From NCBI GenBank assembly GCA_051294375.1, contig CM119269.1, positions 22,156,815 through 22,220,814 of the forward strand: DNA of 64,000 bases, written 5' to 3'. Shown here one piece after another: positions 11,225 to 23,099 of the stretch. The notes beneath the pieces are model-generated. The model did no database searches and was not told the DNA's origin. It was given only the letters and a program-made list of their open reading frames with translations. The position numbers were made by a program, and so were the translations under genes. The first letter of the stretch is position 1. Every line of letters begins with the position of its first letter. This DNA comes from Paraspadella gotoi. Its lineage: Eukaryota > Animalia > Chaetognatha.

Positions 11225-13191
11225 CAAGTTTGAGCAAACAATGTCGGATCTGCCTACGATAATTCAGCGGTAATCAGCTAATCAGATAATAAATTTAAAA
11301 TTTTTTTTAACTCATATCATTTTTTCAACTCGCATCATTTTTTCTACTCGCATAATTTTTTCAATTTGCATCATTTTTACAATTTGCATCATTTTTTTAA
11401 TTTGCATGATTTTTATGATCATTTTTAGTACTGATTCATTGAAAAAAAACGAGTCTGCAGCTGGCTCTCTTTTCTTTTGCTGCTTCTGCTGCTGCCTTTT
11501 GATTTCTTTCTTTTTTTCTAGCTGCCTCTGCTGCTGCCGCTCTCTCTCTCTCTCTGCGTTTTTATTAAAAAAAAAATTGAATTAAGATTGAACTCGTAAA
11601 ATTAGGCATCGCATTTGTGCATGTTATCATTTTGCTATGGCAACATCATGTTTTTATTGCGTTTTTATCTCTCTCTCTCTTTATTCAATTGCGACGATCC
11701 TTACTTTTAAGATTTTTTTAACTTGCATCATTTTTTCAACTTGCATAATTTTTTTAAATTGCATCATTTTTTCATATTAATTAATTAAAATATTTATTAG
11801 TAATCATAAATAATAAAGATTCAAGTAAATGTGACTTATGTTTTTTCCATTTAACTCATTTTCACTGGCGCAATTCCGTCAAAACTTTATATCTAGCTTC
11901 ACACACTTTCCTACCCGCTCACAAAATTTCATCTCAATCTATTATGGGTTAAAATAAGTAAAAAGATGTAAGTAAATGTGACTCATATGTTTTTCATTTA
12001 AACTCATTTCATATCATTGACTGATTAATTAGATTGTTAAGTGTCATCTCATGCACCGAGTAGTTTGATAAAGAAAAACATCGATTTGGGAAACAGTGCT
12101 AATTTTATTTAGACCATGCATTCATTGCTCAGGAGCGGACAGACGCTGGCAAACATCCTCTGCGCCCCAAACAAAAACAAAGCGTCGCCAAAAAGGGACG
12201 CGGAATCTATAGCTTTCGTTGCTCTTGCTCTCCTAAGGCTCGATACATTGGAGAAAGAAAACTGTCGTAGTTTTGAAACTCGAACGGCAGAACACAAAAG
12301 AGCAGCCGAGTCGGGTAATTGGCGTCATTCCGGCTTGACACAACATCGAGAGCATTGCGATGCCCCTTTCATCTGGGAACCTGAAATCATCTCTCAGCCA
12401 CGAATCAAAAACCAAGAAAATGCTCAAGCAAACCATCTTAAGAAGTGAAGAAGGAAGCTCTTTGATTCGTCATTTTGATTGTGGACCAGGCAAAGGGCTC
12501 AACGAAGACAAAGGAGCATACGTGAAAACAGATGCATGGAAGCCAATCCTGGACACCTACATCCCGGACGAAGAACAAGGGGGGGAGGGGATGAGGGATT
12601 AATCCCTTTTTGGTTGAAAGTTTCTCTCTCTCTCTCTCTCTCTGAGTCTCCTCCTCTTCCTCTCACCTTCTCTTTATTTGTAAATAATTTTTTACCTCAC
12701 CACAATTTCTCTGGCCTTGAATAATGAACCAGCTAAATGGTTTGAATGCATGCGTCTAAATAAAATTAGCACTGTTTCCCAAATCGATGTTTTTCTTTAT
12801 TTGACTATGATTAATTAATTATTGATGAATTAATTGACTAATTGATTAATTAACTGATTAATTATTTGATTTATTACTACATACATTTAATATAAAAAGA
12901 AAAAGTAGCATAATCAATTAGTGAAACAGGTTTTTGTTTTTTTTATTTAAACTCATTTCCACTTGGACGATTTCATCAAAACTTTATATTCAGCTCAATC
13001 ACTTACTTCCCTACCCACACCAAAATTTTATTCAAATCCATCCATCCAATCACGAGTAATTGGTGTTTATAATTATAATAAAGTTCTGACATGATATAAG
13101 TTAGTGCCCGACCATATTGAGGGGGCGGACCGACGGACCGTCAAAGTGAATTATAGAGTCGGGATCTGCTGAAAGCAGATCCGACTAAAAA
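11225..13191 (-). mobile_element. Non-autonomous Helentron-type element (HINE/DINE-1-like) with a nested Penelope fragment
   Basis: Minus-strand 5' end TTTTTAGTCGGATCTGCT..AGCAGATCCCGAC (subterminal repeat folding on an adjacent inverted copy); 3' end GCAGATCCGAC + GTTTG-CT-CAAAC mini-hairpin + CTTG into a T run; no TSD; same ends recur at 20.3-21.9 kb and 46.7-49.6 kb. Confidence 0.8.
12068..12800 (+). mobile_element. 5'-truncated Penelope-like element: frameshifted GIY-YIG endonuclease fragment flanked by ~55 bp inverted repeats
   Basis: From 12202: GIYSFRCSCSPKARYIGE, then (shifted) FETRTAEHKRA..SGLTQH.EHC..PFIW and GLNEDKG..AWKPIL. 12068-12124 is the reverse complement of 12743-12800. 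Confidence 0.85.
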
Positions 13192-13530
13192 TGGATTTAA
13201 GTACTTTGCTTATTAAGGTTAAGTAGTTTTAGGGTTAGAGGTAGTTTAAGGGTGGTTCAAGTTAGTTTAAAATTAGGCGTGGTAAGGTTAAAAGGGTTAG
13301 GGTATTTTAGTAAGAATTTTTAAAATTTTTGTATTACTATTTAAAAAAGTAAATCTAAATCGACAAAAGTAAAATTTGTATTAAGTTACAGATTACAATT
13401 TAGGGTTAGGAATTGAATTAGGTATTATAGTTATTGGTTAATTAGGTTAATTATTAATATTAAAATTAAGTTCATAGATTAAAAAATTTAAATTTTTTTT
13501 AAAATTAATAGTATTATAAAAAAACTAGAT

Positions 13531-13917
13531 AGAGATTACACATGGGAGTACAGGTACAGTATTTTATTTATGACCAATATTTCGATCCATTGGACAGATC
13601 ATCTTCAGGGCCAAATGAGTAAGTTAATAGACAGAGCAAATAAAGAAGAGAGAGAGGAGAGAGAGACCAAAATCAGGGATTAATCCCTCCAACCCCCCCG
13701 CCCCTCTCGTTTTTAAAGTCATCCAAGGATCCAAAAGATCCAAGATCGTCATTAAGTCCATTAAATCCATCCCTGATTTTGGTCACTCTCTCTCTCTCTT
13801 CTTTTTTTGCTTTGTCTATTAACTTACTAATTTGGCCCTGAAGATGATCTGTCCAATGGATCAAAATATTGGTCATAAATAAAAATAATGTACCTGTACT
13901 CCCATGAGTAATCTCTA
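13531..13917 (-). mobile_element. Penelope-like remnant folded as a ~150 bp inverted repeat, with a hammerhead motif in each arm
   Basis: 13531-13680 is the reverse complement of about 13768-13917. The spacer encodes GLNDDLG (compare GLNEDKG at 12.5 kb) and shares the G-rich GAGGGATTAATCCCT tail. Left arm, minus strand: tggcc-CTGAAGA-T-GATC..GATC-GAAA-TATT-ggtca. Confidence 0.75.
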
Positions 13918-14227
13918 AATTCATTATCTCGGTACATGCGATGACTCTCAAAGAATAATAAAAAAACATAATGAGGAATAATAAAGTGGTTGGGGAACTG
14001 ACTGACTGGCTAACAAGTTAGCTTTTCTCTTTATATGACATCTTAATTTTAACAAATTATTAAAAATAAAATTATGGATTACAAATATTAGAAAATCTTA
14101 ACATAGCACCAATTACCTTAATTTCAGATCAAATAATTGACTAATATATAAACAAAATATTAAAAAAAAATAAACAAATAACATTATTTAATCATAATAA
14201 AAGATTGCAAACAAGAAAGTACAACAA

Positions 14228-16955
14228 TTAATCTTGAAAAGAGAGCAATTTGGTACGCATGTCAGCTAGTTTTTTTTTCAATTCTTCAATTTTATTATTC
14301 GCTGAAGAAGATGATCCTAAAAAAAGAAATAATTTTTTAAGGAGAGCCAGATAGATTTTTTTTAGTTTTAACTTTATGGGTACCTTTGGCATCGTCAGTT
14401 GACCCTTCTCGTATGAAATCATCTTTGACAGTTGTGTTGACATGTGGAAGATGTGATTTATGAGCTGCAATTTTATCTTCTTCAAATTCTTCCGATTTTG
14501 ATGGAAATAAAGAGGTTTTTTGACTAGAACTTACTGGCGATGATTTCTCTTCAAAAATCATATCCTCTTGATTGTCATAGTACGTTTCCTCATCCTCCAA
14601 ATGAAATTCAAAGTCTTTTGAATCGTTACGGATTTTATTAGCTATAAACTCATCAATGGTTGACTGACTTTTATCTTTATCTNNNNNNNNNNNNNNNNNN
14701 NNNNNNNNNNNNNNNNNNNNNNNNNNNNNNNNNNNNNNNNNNNNNNNNNNNNNNNNNNNNNNNNNNNNNNNNNNNNNNNNNNNNNNNNNNNNNNNNNNNN
14801 NNNNNNNNNNNNNNNNNNNNNNNNNNNNNNNNNNNNNNNNNNNNNNNNNNNNNNNNNNNNNNNNNNNNNNNNNNNNNNNNNNNNNNNNNNNNNNNNNNNN
14901 NNNNNNNNNNNNNNNNNNNNNNNNNNNNNNNNNNNNNNNNNNNNNNNNNNNNNNNNNNNNNNNNNNNNNNNNNNNNNNNNNNNNNNNNNNNNNNNNNNNN
15001 NNNNNNNNNNNNNNNNNNNNNNNNNNNNNNNNNNNNNNNNNNNNNNNNNNNNNNNNNNNNNNNNNNNNNNNNNAATCTAATACCGCTGGGAATATTATTG
15101 TTTTTACAATTAACGGATTTCTCAACGCTGGAGGATTGTTGCACTGGACTCGGGACTGTTTTTAATTGATCAGATGATTCATTAGAGCAAATAAATTTTT
15201 CTTCCATTTGTTTTTTAGTTTTGTCACGGCAAGTGGTCGGGCTTCATTTGGTGAATGTCTAAGCAAGGATTCTTCACCTTCTCATAGGCATCCGTATCTT
15301 CACCAGAATCAGATTCATGTTCTGTTTTGTTTTTTTTTTGTTTTTTTTATTTCTCTTTGCCTTTTTCTTTTTACAAGGATTTAATATCTTCATCGAAGGG
15401 TTTGCGTTTTCAATAAGTTTTAGTTTGTAATTTGCTCAACCGTTGAAGACTGACTTTAATGTTTTCAACTCGACAGACTTGGAGCTTTGAAGCCATTCTT
15501 CTTTCCCTTTCCCCTTTCCTTTTCCTTTTCCCTTGCCTTTTCCCTTCCCCTTAGGATCTTTCTTGCCAAAATCTTCTAACGCATGTTCCCAAGACGTGAA
15601 TAATCCAAAATGCTCGCGCGTAGTATTGGTTGAAAATTGGTTCAAATTTTGATAGGGTCAGTCATTGGTTCATCTTTCAGTTTTCAACTGAAATTGGATG
15701 TGCATGCCTGAGGAAGAGTCGCTTAATTTTTCTTGGGCTTTTTTCCCAAATTGCTCGTGACCAGACTAATAACATCCTCCTCTCTTTTGTGTTTTTTTTT
15801 GAACTAAAAATTAACTTTTTATTAGAATATATAATAGTTTTATGACTTAGGTCTTTATTAATATTTTAAAATCTGCCTCTATACTGATAAATATAATTTT
15901 TTTAAAAAATAATTTTATTACCTTGAATCGCCATGAGGCAAGTCGGCCGAAGGCCCTGGGGGAGTCGGTGGCGGTGTGTGAATGACCGCGCTACAAAAGA
16001 AATTAAAAAAAAGAAAAAAATATATATAGAATAATGATGATTATTTCGGTAAAACTGAAAAAACGACAGAACTTCTGTCAGAAGCAGGGACATGTACATA
16101 AAATGGTAAAATTTTACTTTCGCTGACCGGAGCTTTAGCGTCTTCTATAAAACCACTTAAAATACTTATCTGAAAAAAAAATTGTAAAAATTATTAACTA
16201 ATTAGTAATTACCATAATCAACCCTAACCCTAAATGACCCCTAAGCTACCCTTAACCACCCTTAACCGTAAAGTCTCATAACCTCGATCCGCGAAAGTAA
16301 AATTATGCCACAAACATTAGGAACAGAGTTTGATAATTGGCAACAAAAATTTATTTCAGAATAAAACGTACATGTTTCGGCTCTATGTGCATTGTACATA
16401 GTACAAGCCTTCAAAATAAATTGTTGTTGCCAATTATCAAACTATGAAATATTAATGATGCTTATCAATTAAAAAAAATTGTTCAATGTAGCGTACATGT
16501 TCTGGTAAAATGTTTGTGGCATTATGTGATAATCCTTTCTTTTTTGTTGTGATGTAGATTAGGAACAGAGTTTGATAATTATTTATTTCAGAATGAAACA
16601 CATGTTTCGGCTCTATGTACATTGTACATTGTACAAGCCTTCATAATAAATTGTTGTTGCCAATAATCAAACTCTGTTCCTAATCTACATCACAACAAAA
16701 AAGAAAGGATTATCACATAATGCCACAAACATTTTACCAGAACATGTACGCTACATTGAAACAATTTTTTTTAATTGATAAGCATCATTAATATTTCATA
16801 GGACAATAATAATTCAAATTTAAAATATTAATACAAAATTAATACCTGGTCGTTTCCGGGGCCGGTAAGACAGGCCTGGGCACATTCAAGATCACATAAC
16901 TTTTGCCAGAATTGCGATCGAAAATTTTCTTTGTTGTCACGCTCAAAGGGTCCAT
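14228..16955 (-). CDS. Uncharacterised low-complexity protein with Pro/Ser-rich segments and a (KG)n tract; copy 1, damaged by a gap, a ~530 bp deletion and frameshifts
   Basis: Exons 16955-16846 (MDPLSVTTKKIFDRNSGKSYVILNVPRP), 15990-15922 (AVIHTPPPTPPGP), a large exon ending at 14384 (start visible only in copy 2, near 24855) and last exon 14316-14228 (SSSSANNKIEELKKKLADMRTKLLSFQD*); GT-AG sites in compatible phases. Confidence 0.6.
16318..16800. repeat. Compound foldback: two adjacent inverted-repeat hairpins sharing the same loop sequence
   Basis: 16443-16578 is inverted at about 16665-16800; 16327-16357 is inverted at 16413-16443. Both loops carry acatgtttcggctctatgt..gtacaagccttca. Repeated at about 25490-25970. 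Confidence 0.85.
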
Positions 16956-18140
16956 CGTGAGTTGGAAATTTACAATAACACAGATAAGTAACGCGGGCGT
17001 CGAAACTGAGATACTGCGGGCCAGGAACAGTTAACAAAGAAACGATCCTCCTGGCTGAACGAGACGGGTTGGTTTCTCTCTTTTCCGCCAGGGGGAAAAA
17101 GGAGAAAGAAAAAAAGAGACGAAGAGAGAGACGCTTTTCTTCTCGAACAAATGAACAGCGCACCAGTGAGTTTTCTTTTTATTCGCGTCGCGTGACTGAC
17201 TGATTCAAAATTTTTGTTTTCTTCCTGTTTTCAGTTTTTTACTGGGAAACCTTGTTTTGTTTTGCCATTAAGTCTTCACTGCAGATTACCGCAGTAACAG
17301 ATGTCTTCTTTTTTTTCTGATTGCTGTTTTCAAAATTTAAAAAAAAATTAAAAAAGGTGATTCATCACACTTGAGCTTCTGGGAGAAAAGATATTGTAAT
17401 TGTGCCGAAATCAATCGTTACTTATTTTTTATTGTAAAACGGAAAGTCGTTAAAACATGTCAGGTTGAGGAGAGAGAGAGAGAGAGCCCTCCGTTCATCA
17501 ACAAATCCAAAGTACCATACCCTTCTCTTACGAAACTTGTTCATGTAAAAGTTAAATTTAAAACATTTAATATCCTCAATTGCGAACTGCCGCCATCTGA
17601 CTCTTCTATAATATTTAACTTAAAATATTTTAAATGATAAAAATTTAACATTTTTATCCCCCTATCAATTACATCGGTCAAATTAATGTTTATTCGTTAA
17701 CGGGAGCTTTTTAGGTTGTTCTGTAACATCCTCTCTAAAGGATTGAACTCTAGACGTCCTTGTCTCGAACCTACTATATAATAAAACGCCAGATCACAAA
17801 TGTTAACTATTAATCTTCGCCCGCTTCATATTTTTTTATTGCTAATTAGTAATTTATGCATTTATGCATGGATTATTTTAATGTTTTATAAAATGAACCG
17901 AACAAAACGTTTACTTACAAACCATTTCATACGCAACTAAACTCTCAAAGCCGTTGGCGATCCCATCCAACTCAGACACAATTATCAAAGCCTCTTATGT
18001 CCGCAGCGGATGACCAAACGTGTCGCCGAGTTGTTTATATGATTTCCTAACTGAAGGTTGTTGTCTTTGTGTTTTTACCTTTTTTTAATTAAAGGAAGAA
18101 AAATCAAAATCTTTATGGTGGACCACCAACCGTTTGTCAG

Positions 18141-18330
18141 CGGCCATTGGTGCCGGAGGCAAGTCATTCGCTTCCCAACCCAAAGGTCCGCGGTTCTAGC
18201 CCGGTGGTCGTCTAGCAGTTAAGAGGGACGGGGCGCTTAACCCACCGGTAACGCGGTGTTACAGCCTGATCCGTAGCTCACGGACTGCTTACATTGAACG
18301 TTCTGTCACTAACACACAACAATAATTACT
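18141..18330 (+). mobile_element. tRNA-derived SINE
   Basis: A-box-like TGGTGCCGGAGG and B-box-like GGTTCTAGCCC with tRNA-like spacing, about 100 bp of body and an (ac/aac/aat)-type tail; no clean cloverleaf. Confidence 0.6.
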
Positions 18331-18628
18331 GTCTCTTCGTCTTATTATTTGTTTGCTACCAACGACGGTGTTTTTTAAACATGAAAAATATTTAAATACG
18401 GACATGTTTCAGTTTCGGCTCTTATTGCGAGGTTTAATCATCGCGAAATAAAAACTCATCGCTGAAGACTCAATACGCAGGTCGTACTCTTAAAGACCTC
18501 TTTGAAAGGTAGATATAGAATTGACAGTCGTCTGTTAATAAGGTAAGTTATTACTTACTAACTAATTCAACAAGGGACGCGAATTTTATACTCGGTGACA
18601 ATTATAAAGAGAGTTTAACGAACTTCAA

Positions 18629-18823
18629 ATGGCCGACGACGACAACAACAACAGCCCAAACAACGCTCACGACCCCTTCACTCCGAAGCATGGAGCGGAA
18701 GACCACATTGAGTCAATGTGGTCTTCCGCTGAATTCCGCACATTGACATTCCGACGGTGGGGTCCCCATGTTGACGGCGATTTTCCTTGGACGAAAACGG
18801 CGGGCCCCATACAACAGTCTTAA
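18629..18823 (+). CDS. Possible 64-aa small protein
   Basis: GC-richer ORF with caaATGG context, an upstream donor aag|gtaagt at 18542 and AATAAA near 18901. No recognisable family. Confidence 0.3.
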   Translation: MADDDNNNSPNNAHDPFTPKHGAEDHIESMWSSAEFRTLTFRRWGPHVDGDFPWTKTAGPIQQS

Positions 18824-20292
18824 AAGTTAAAATTATTCCAATTTGTTATATATGGCTGAATGATGTACATTGAATTTAATAGTTTAATTTCATAATGTTA
18901 AATAAATTTGACCCTCTATTCTGCTTTGGCTGAGACTAGCAGTCGTATAATAATATTATTGATAGAAACATTAGAAACATTAAAAATATAATGATTTTTT
19001 TTAAAATCTGAATTAAAATTTATATCTTTTATATTTTTTATNNNNNNNNNNAAGTCTGAATTAAAATTTATATCTTTTATTAGAACCAAATTCCTAAACT
19101 CGATCCCAAACCTTTTTTNNNNNNNNNNNNNNNNNNNNNNNNNNNNNNNNNNNNNNNNNNNNNNNNNNNNNNNNNNNNNNNNNNNNNNNNNNNNNNNNNN
19201 NNNNNNNNNNNNNNNNNNNNNNNNNNNNNNNNNNNNNNNNNNNNNNNNNNNNNNNNNNNNNNNNNNNNNNNNNNNNNNNNNNNNNNNNNNNNNNNNNNNN
19301 NNNNNNNNNNNNNNNNNNNNNNNNNNNNNNNNNNNNNNNNNNNNNNNNNNNNNNNNNNNNNNNNNNNNNNNNNNNNNNNNNNNNNNNNNNNNNNNNNNNN
19401 NNNNNNNNNNNNNNNNNNNNNNNNNNNNNNNNNNNNNNNNNNNNNNNNNNNNNNNNNNNNNNNNNNNNNNNNNNNNNNNNNNNNNNNNNNNNNNNNNNNN
19501 NNNNNNNNNNNNNNNNNNNNNNNNNNNNNNNNNNNNNNNNNNNNNNNNNNNNNNNNNNNNNNNNNNNNNNNNNNNNNNNNNNNNNNNNNNNNNNNNNNNN
19601 NNNNNNNNNNNNNNNNNNNGTTTTTTACAGCGAATCCAAATCAGTTCTTAAAAAAAAATATATATTTTGAAATTTGACGATTTTATAAGGATATTACTAC
19701 AAAGCTGTATTTATACGATGTTAATAAAAAAATGTAATAAGTTTTTTCTTTGCCAACATGAATCGTCATTTTTGAAATGTGATTTGTCTTAAAACGTTAG
19801 TCAATATGCGATTATGTAATGTAAGTAATATATTTTAAGAATAATTGGCTTTTTTCATAATAATGATCATGAAGTAAAATATATCATCAAGAATTCACGA
19901 TGCCATACGTAAATAATGCGCACGCATATATTACTTAGTATTTTTATACATAATAATTTCATCTAGTGATTCTCGTTATAATAATATCCAATAGCCATAC
20001 TGATGGAGTTTTAAAATCATCTTAGCTTATAAGTTAAATACTAATCATTTCATAATCTTAAATAACTAATTGAACTTTTGCTTGATATCAACTCTTGCCA
20101 TTCTAAAATAACAGGTTTCTGCCATCTTTTCATGATTTACAAAAATCGCGAAGAAATAAAAGACTAACGAAATAGAACAATGGTACATACGACGCTCCAA
20201 TAGATCAACTACAAAGGTAGTTTTTAGAGAGTTAAACGGGGCATGACTCTGAATCTGGCTTATTTTTCCAAAACGATCCAATTCATCTAAAA

Positions 20293-21919
20293 CAAGTTTG
20301 AGCAAACAATGTCGGATCTGCCTAACGATAATCAGCGGTTAATCAGCTAATCAGATATAAATCACAATTTTTTTTAAAATTTTTTTTTAACTCGCATCAT
20401 TTTTTCAATCGCATCATTTTTTCTACTTGTATCATTTTTTTATACTCGCATAATTTTTTCAATTTGCATCATTTTTACAATTGCATCATTTTTTTAATTG
20501 CCATGATTTTTATGATCATTTTTAGTGCTTAGATTCATTGAAAAAAAACGAGTCTGGCAGCTGTCTGCAGTTCCTTCTTTTTCTCATCTTGTCTGCTTCT
20601 GCTTGCTGTTGCCTTTTGATTTCTTTCTTTTTTCTCACTGCTCTGCTGCTTGCCGCTCTCTCTCTCTCTCTGCGTTTTTTATTAAAAAAAATTGAATTAA
20701 GATTGAACTCGTAAAATTAGGCATCGCATTTGTGCATTTATCATTATGCTATGGCAAACATCATGTTTTTATTGCCGTTTTTATCTCTCTCTCTCTTTAT
20801 TCAATTGCGACGATCCTTACTTTTAAGATTTTTTTAACTTGCATCATTTTTTCAACTTGCCAATAATTTTTTAAATTGCATCATTTTTTCATATAATTAA
20901 TTAATTTAAAATATTTATAGTATCATAAATAATAAAGATTCAAGTAAATGTACTTATGTTTTCCATTTAACTCATTTTCACTGCAGGCAATTCCGTCAAA
21001 ACTTTATATCTAGCTCACACACTTTCCTACCCCGCTCACAAAATTTCATCTCAATCTATTATGGGTTAAAATAAGTAAAAAGATTTAAGTAAATGTGACT
21101 CATATGTTTTTCATTTTAAACTCATTTCATATCATTCGAAATGATTTATCATCCAGCACGTAGTTAAAAAAAACTGTTTGAAAAGTGTATTATAGACTGA
21201 TTATGTCAGGAGGGAGACTGGCACATCCCGCCAAACAACTCCAAAAAGAGGGATCTATGTTTCTTCTTGCTCTCTAGCTCAATTAGAACCTGTGTAGTTT
21301 TGAAATCGATGAGAAAGACCGATCGGTTGCGCATTCGTTGACACACAGATTCACCTAATGCCTGACATCTTCACACAATAAACATGCCAACACATAAGAG
21401 AAGAAGCTCTTTGGATGTCATTTATGGACCACAAGGCTAAAAAGCTGACAACATGGAAGCTCCGACTAGGCAGCAAGGGGGGATGAGGGATTAACCTTTT
21501 TGGAGCCTTTGTCTTCATCTCTCACTTCTATGTTTTTTTCTTCACACCTTTCTCGCTTGATATAACCCTAAAGTTTGAAGCATGTCTATATAGCACGTAA
21601 TCATCTTTTTGACTGATATTGATGTATTACTATTGATTTATTACTATATATTGTTTACAATACATTAATAAAGAGCTTATTATAACAGGTTTGTTTTATA
21701 AACTACCTGACATCACAACTTTATATCACTCATCACTTACTCCTACCCACACAATCAAATCCATCCATCCAATCACGAGTAATTTGGTGTTATAATTATA
21801 ATAAAGTTCTGACATGATATAAGTTAGTGGCCCGACATATTGAGGGGGCGGATCCGATCGGACCGTCAAATGTGAATTATTAGAGTCGGGATCTGCTGAT
21901 AAGCAGATTCCGACTAAAA
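20293..21919 (-). mobile_element. Helentron-type element, duplicate of 11225-13191 (noisy sequence)
   Basis: Same termini: caagtttgagcaaacaatgtcggatctgcc ... gtcgggatctgctgataagcagattccgactaaaa. Confidence 0.75.
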
Positions 21920-23099
21920 TGGATTAAGTACTTTTGCTATTAGGTTAAGTAGTTTTAGGGTTAGAGGTAGTATTAAGGGGTGGTTCAGAGTTCAGTTTAA
22001 AATTAGGGGTTGGTAAGGGTTAAAAGGGTTAGGGTATTTTAGTAAGAATTTTTAAAATTTTTGTATTACTATTTAAAAAAAGTAAATCTAAATCGACAAA
22101 AGTAAAAAATTTGTATTAAGTTACAGATTACCAATTAGGTTAGGAATTGAATTAGGTATTATAGTTTATTGGTTAATTAGGTTAATTATTAATATTAAAA
22201 TTAAGATTCATTGATTAAAAATTTAATTTTTTTAAATATTAATTAATGAATGTAATAAAAAAACTAGAATAGAGATTACACATGGGAGTACAGGTACAGT
22301 ATTTTATTCTATTTATGACAATATTTCGATCCATTGGACAGATCATTCTTCAGCGGCAATGAGTAGTTAATAGACAGAGCAAATAAAGAAGAGAGAGAGG
22401 AGAGAGAGACCAAAATCATGGGATTAATCCCTCCACCCCCCGCCCCTCCTTCGTTTGTTAAAGTCTCCAGGACAAAGATCCAAGATCGTCATTAAGTCTA
22501 TTAAATCCATCCCTGATTTACGTGGTCTATGTAACTCTCTGCTCTCTATCATTTTTTAGCTTTGTTCATATTAACTTTATTGGCCCTGACAGATGATTAC
22601 TGCTCCACATGGATCAAGAATTAAGTTGAGATATTACTGCACTATACCCATGTTGAATACTAAATTATATTAAGCATACACGTGAAATACTACTAAAACA
22701 ACAATTGAAATCTTGAATGCGAGAATAAGTGTTGTATCGGCGATAGCCTAGGCTAAACAAGTTTAACTTTGTTATAGACTCTGATGTACTATGCAAATAT
22801 TAAAACACTTTAATTAGACTCTTTCAAAAACTCTATGAAGCAAAAATGCTATGTGATATAATAAGCTAGTTTCAAAGGGAACATGACTGAATGCGCTAAG
22901 CAAGTTAACTTTCCAATATTTATGAAAAACATCTTAATATTAACTAAACTCTGATCTAAATTAAAAACTTAGTGAGAGTCACAAATATTCAAGGGAGAAA
23001 TCTTAATTAACATATTGCCCAGCGTACTTAGACTAACAGATTCATATAATGTCATGAACCGATTCAAAGATAATAATAAATACAAACTAATATCTAACT

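Noticed and set aside
14337-15207. Long ORFs spanning N runs (also 57175-57767)
   Set aside because: Length is produced by the gap characters; only the flanking parts are informative.
18141-18215. Functional tRNA gene
   Set aside because: A and B boxes are present but there is no convincing cloverleaf, and it continues into a SINE-like body.
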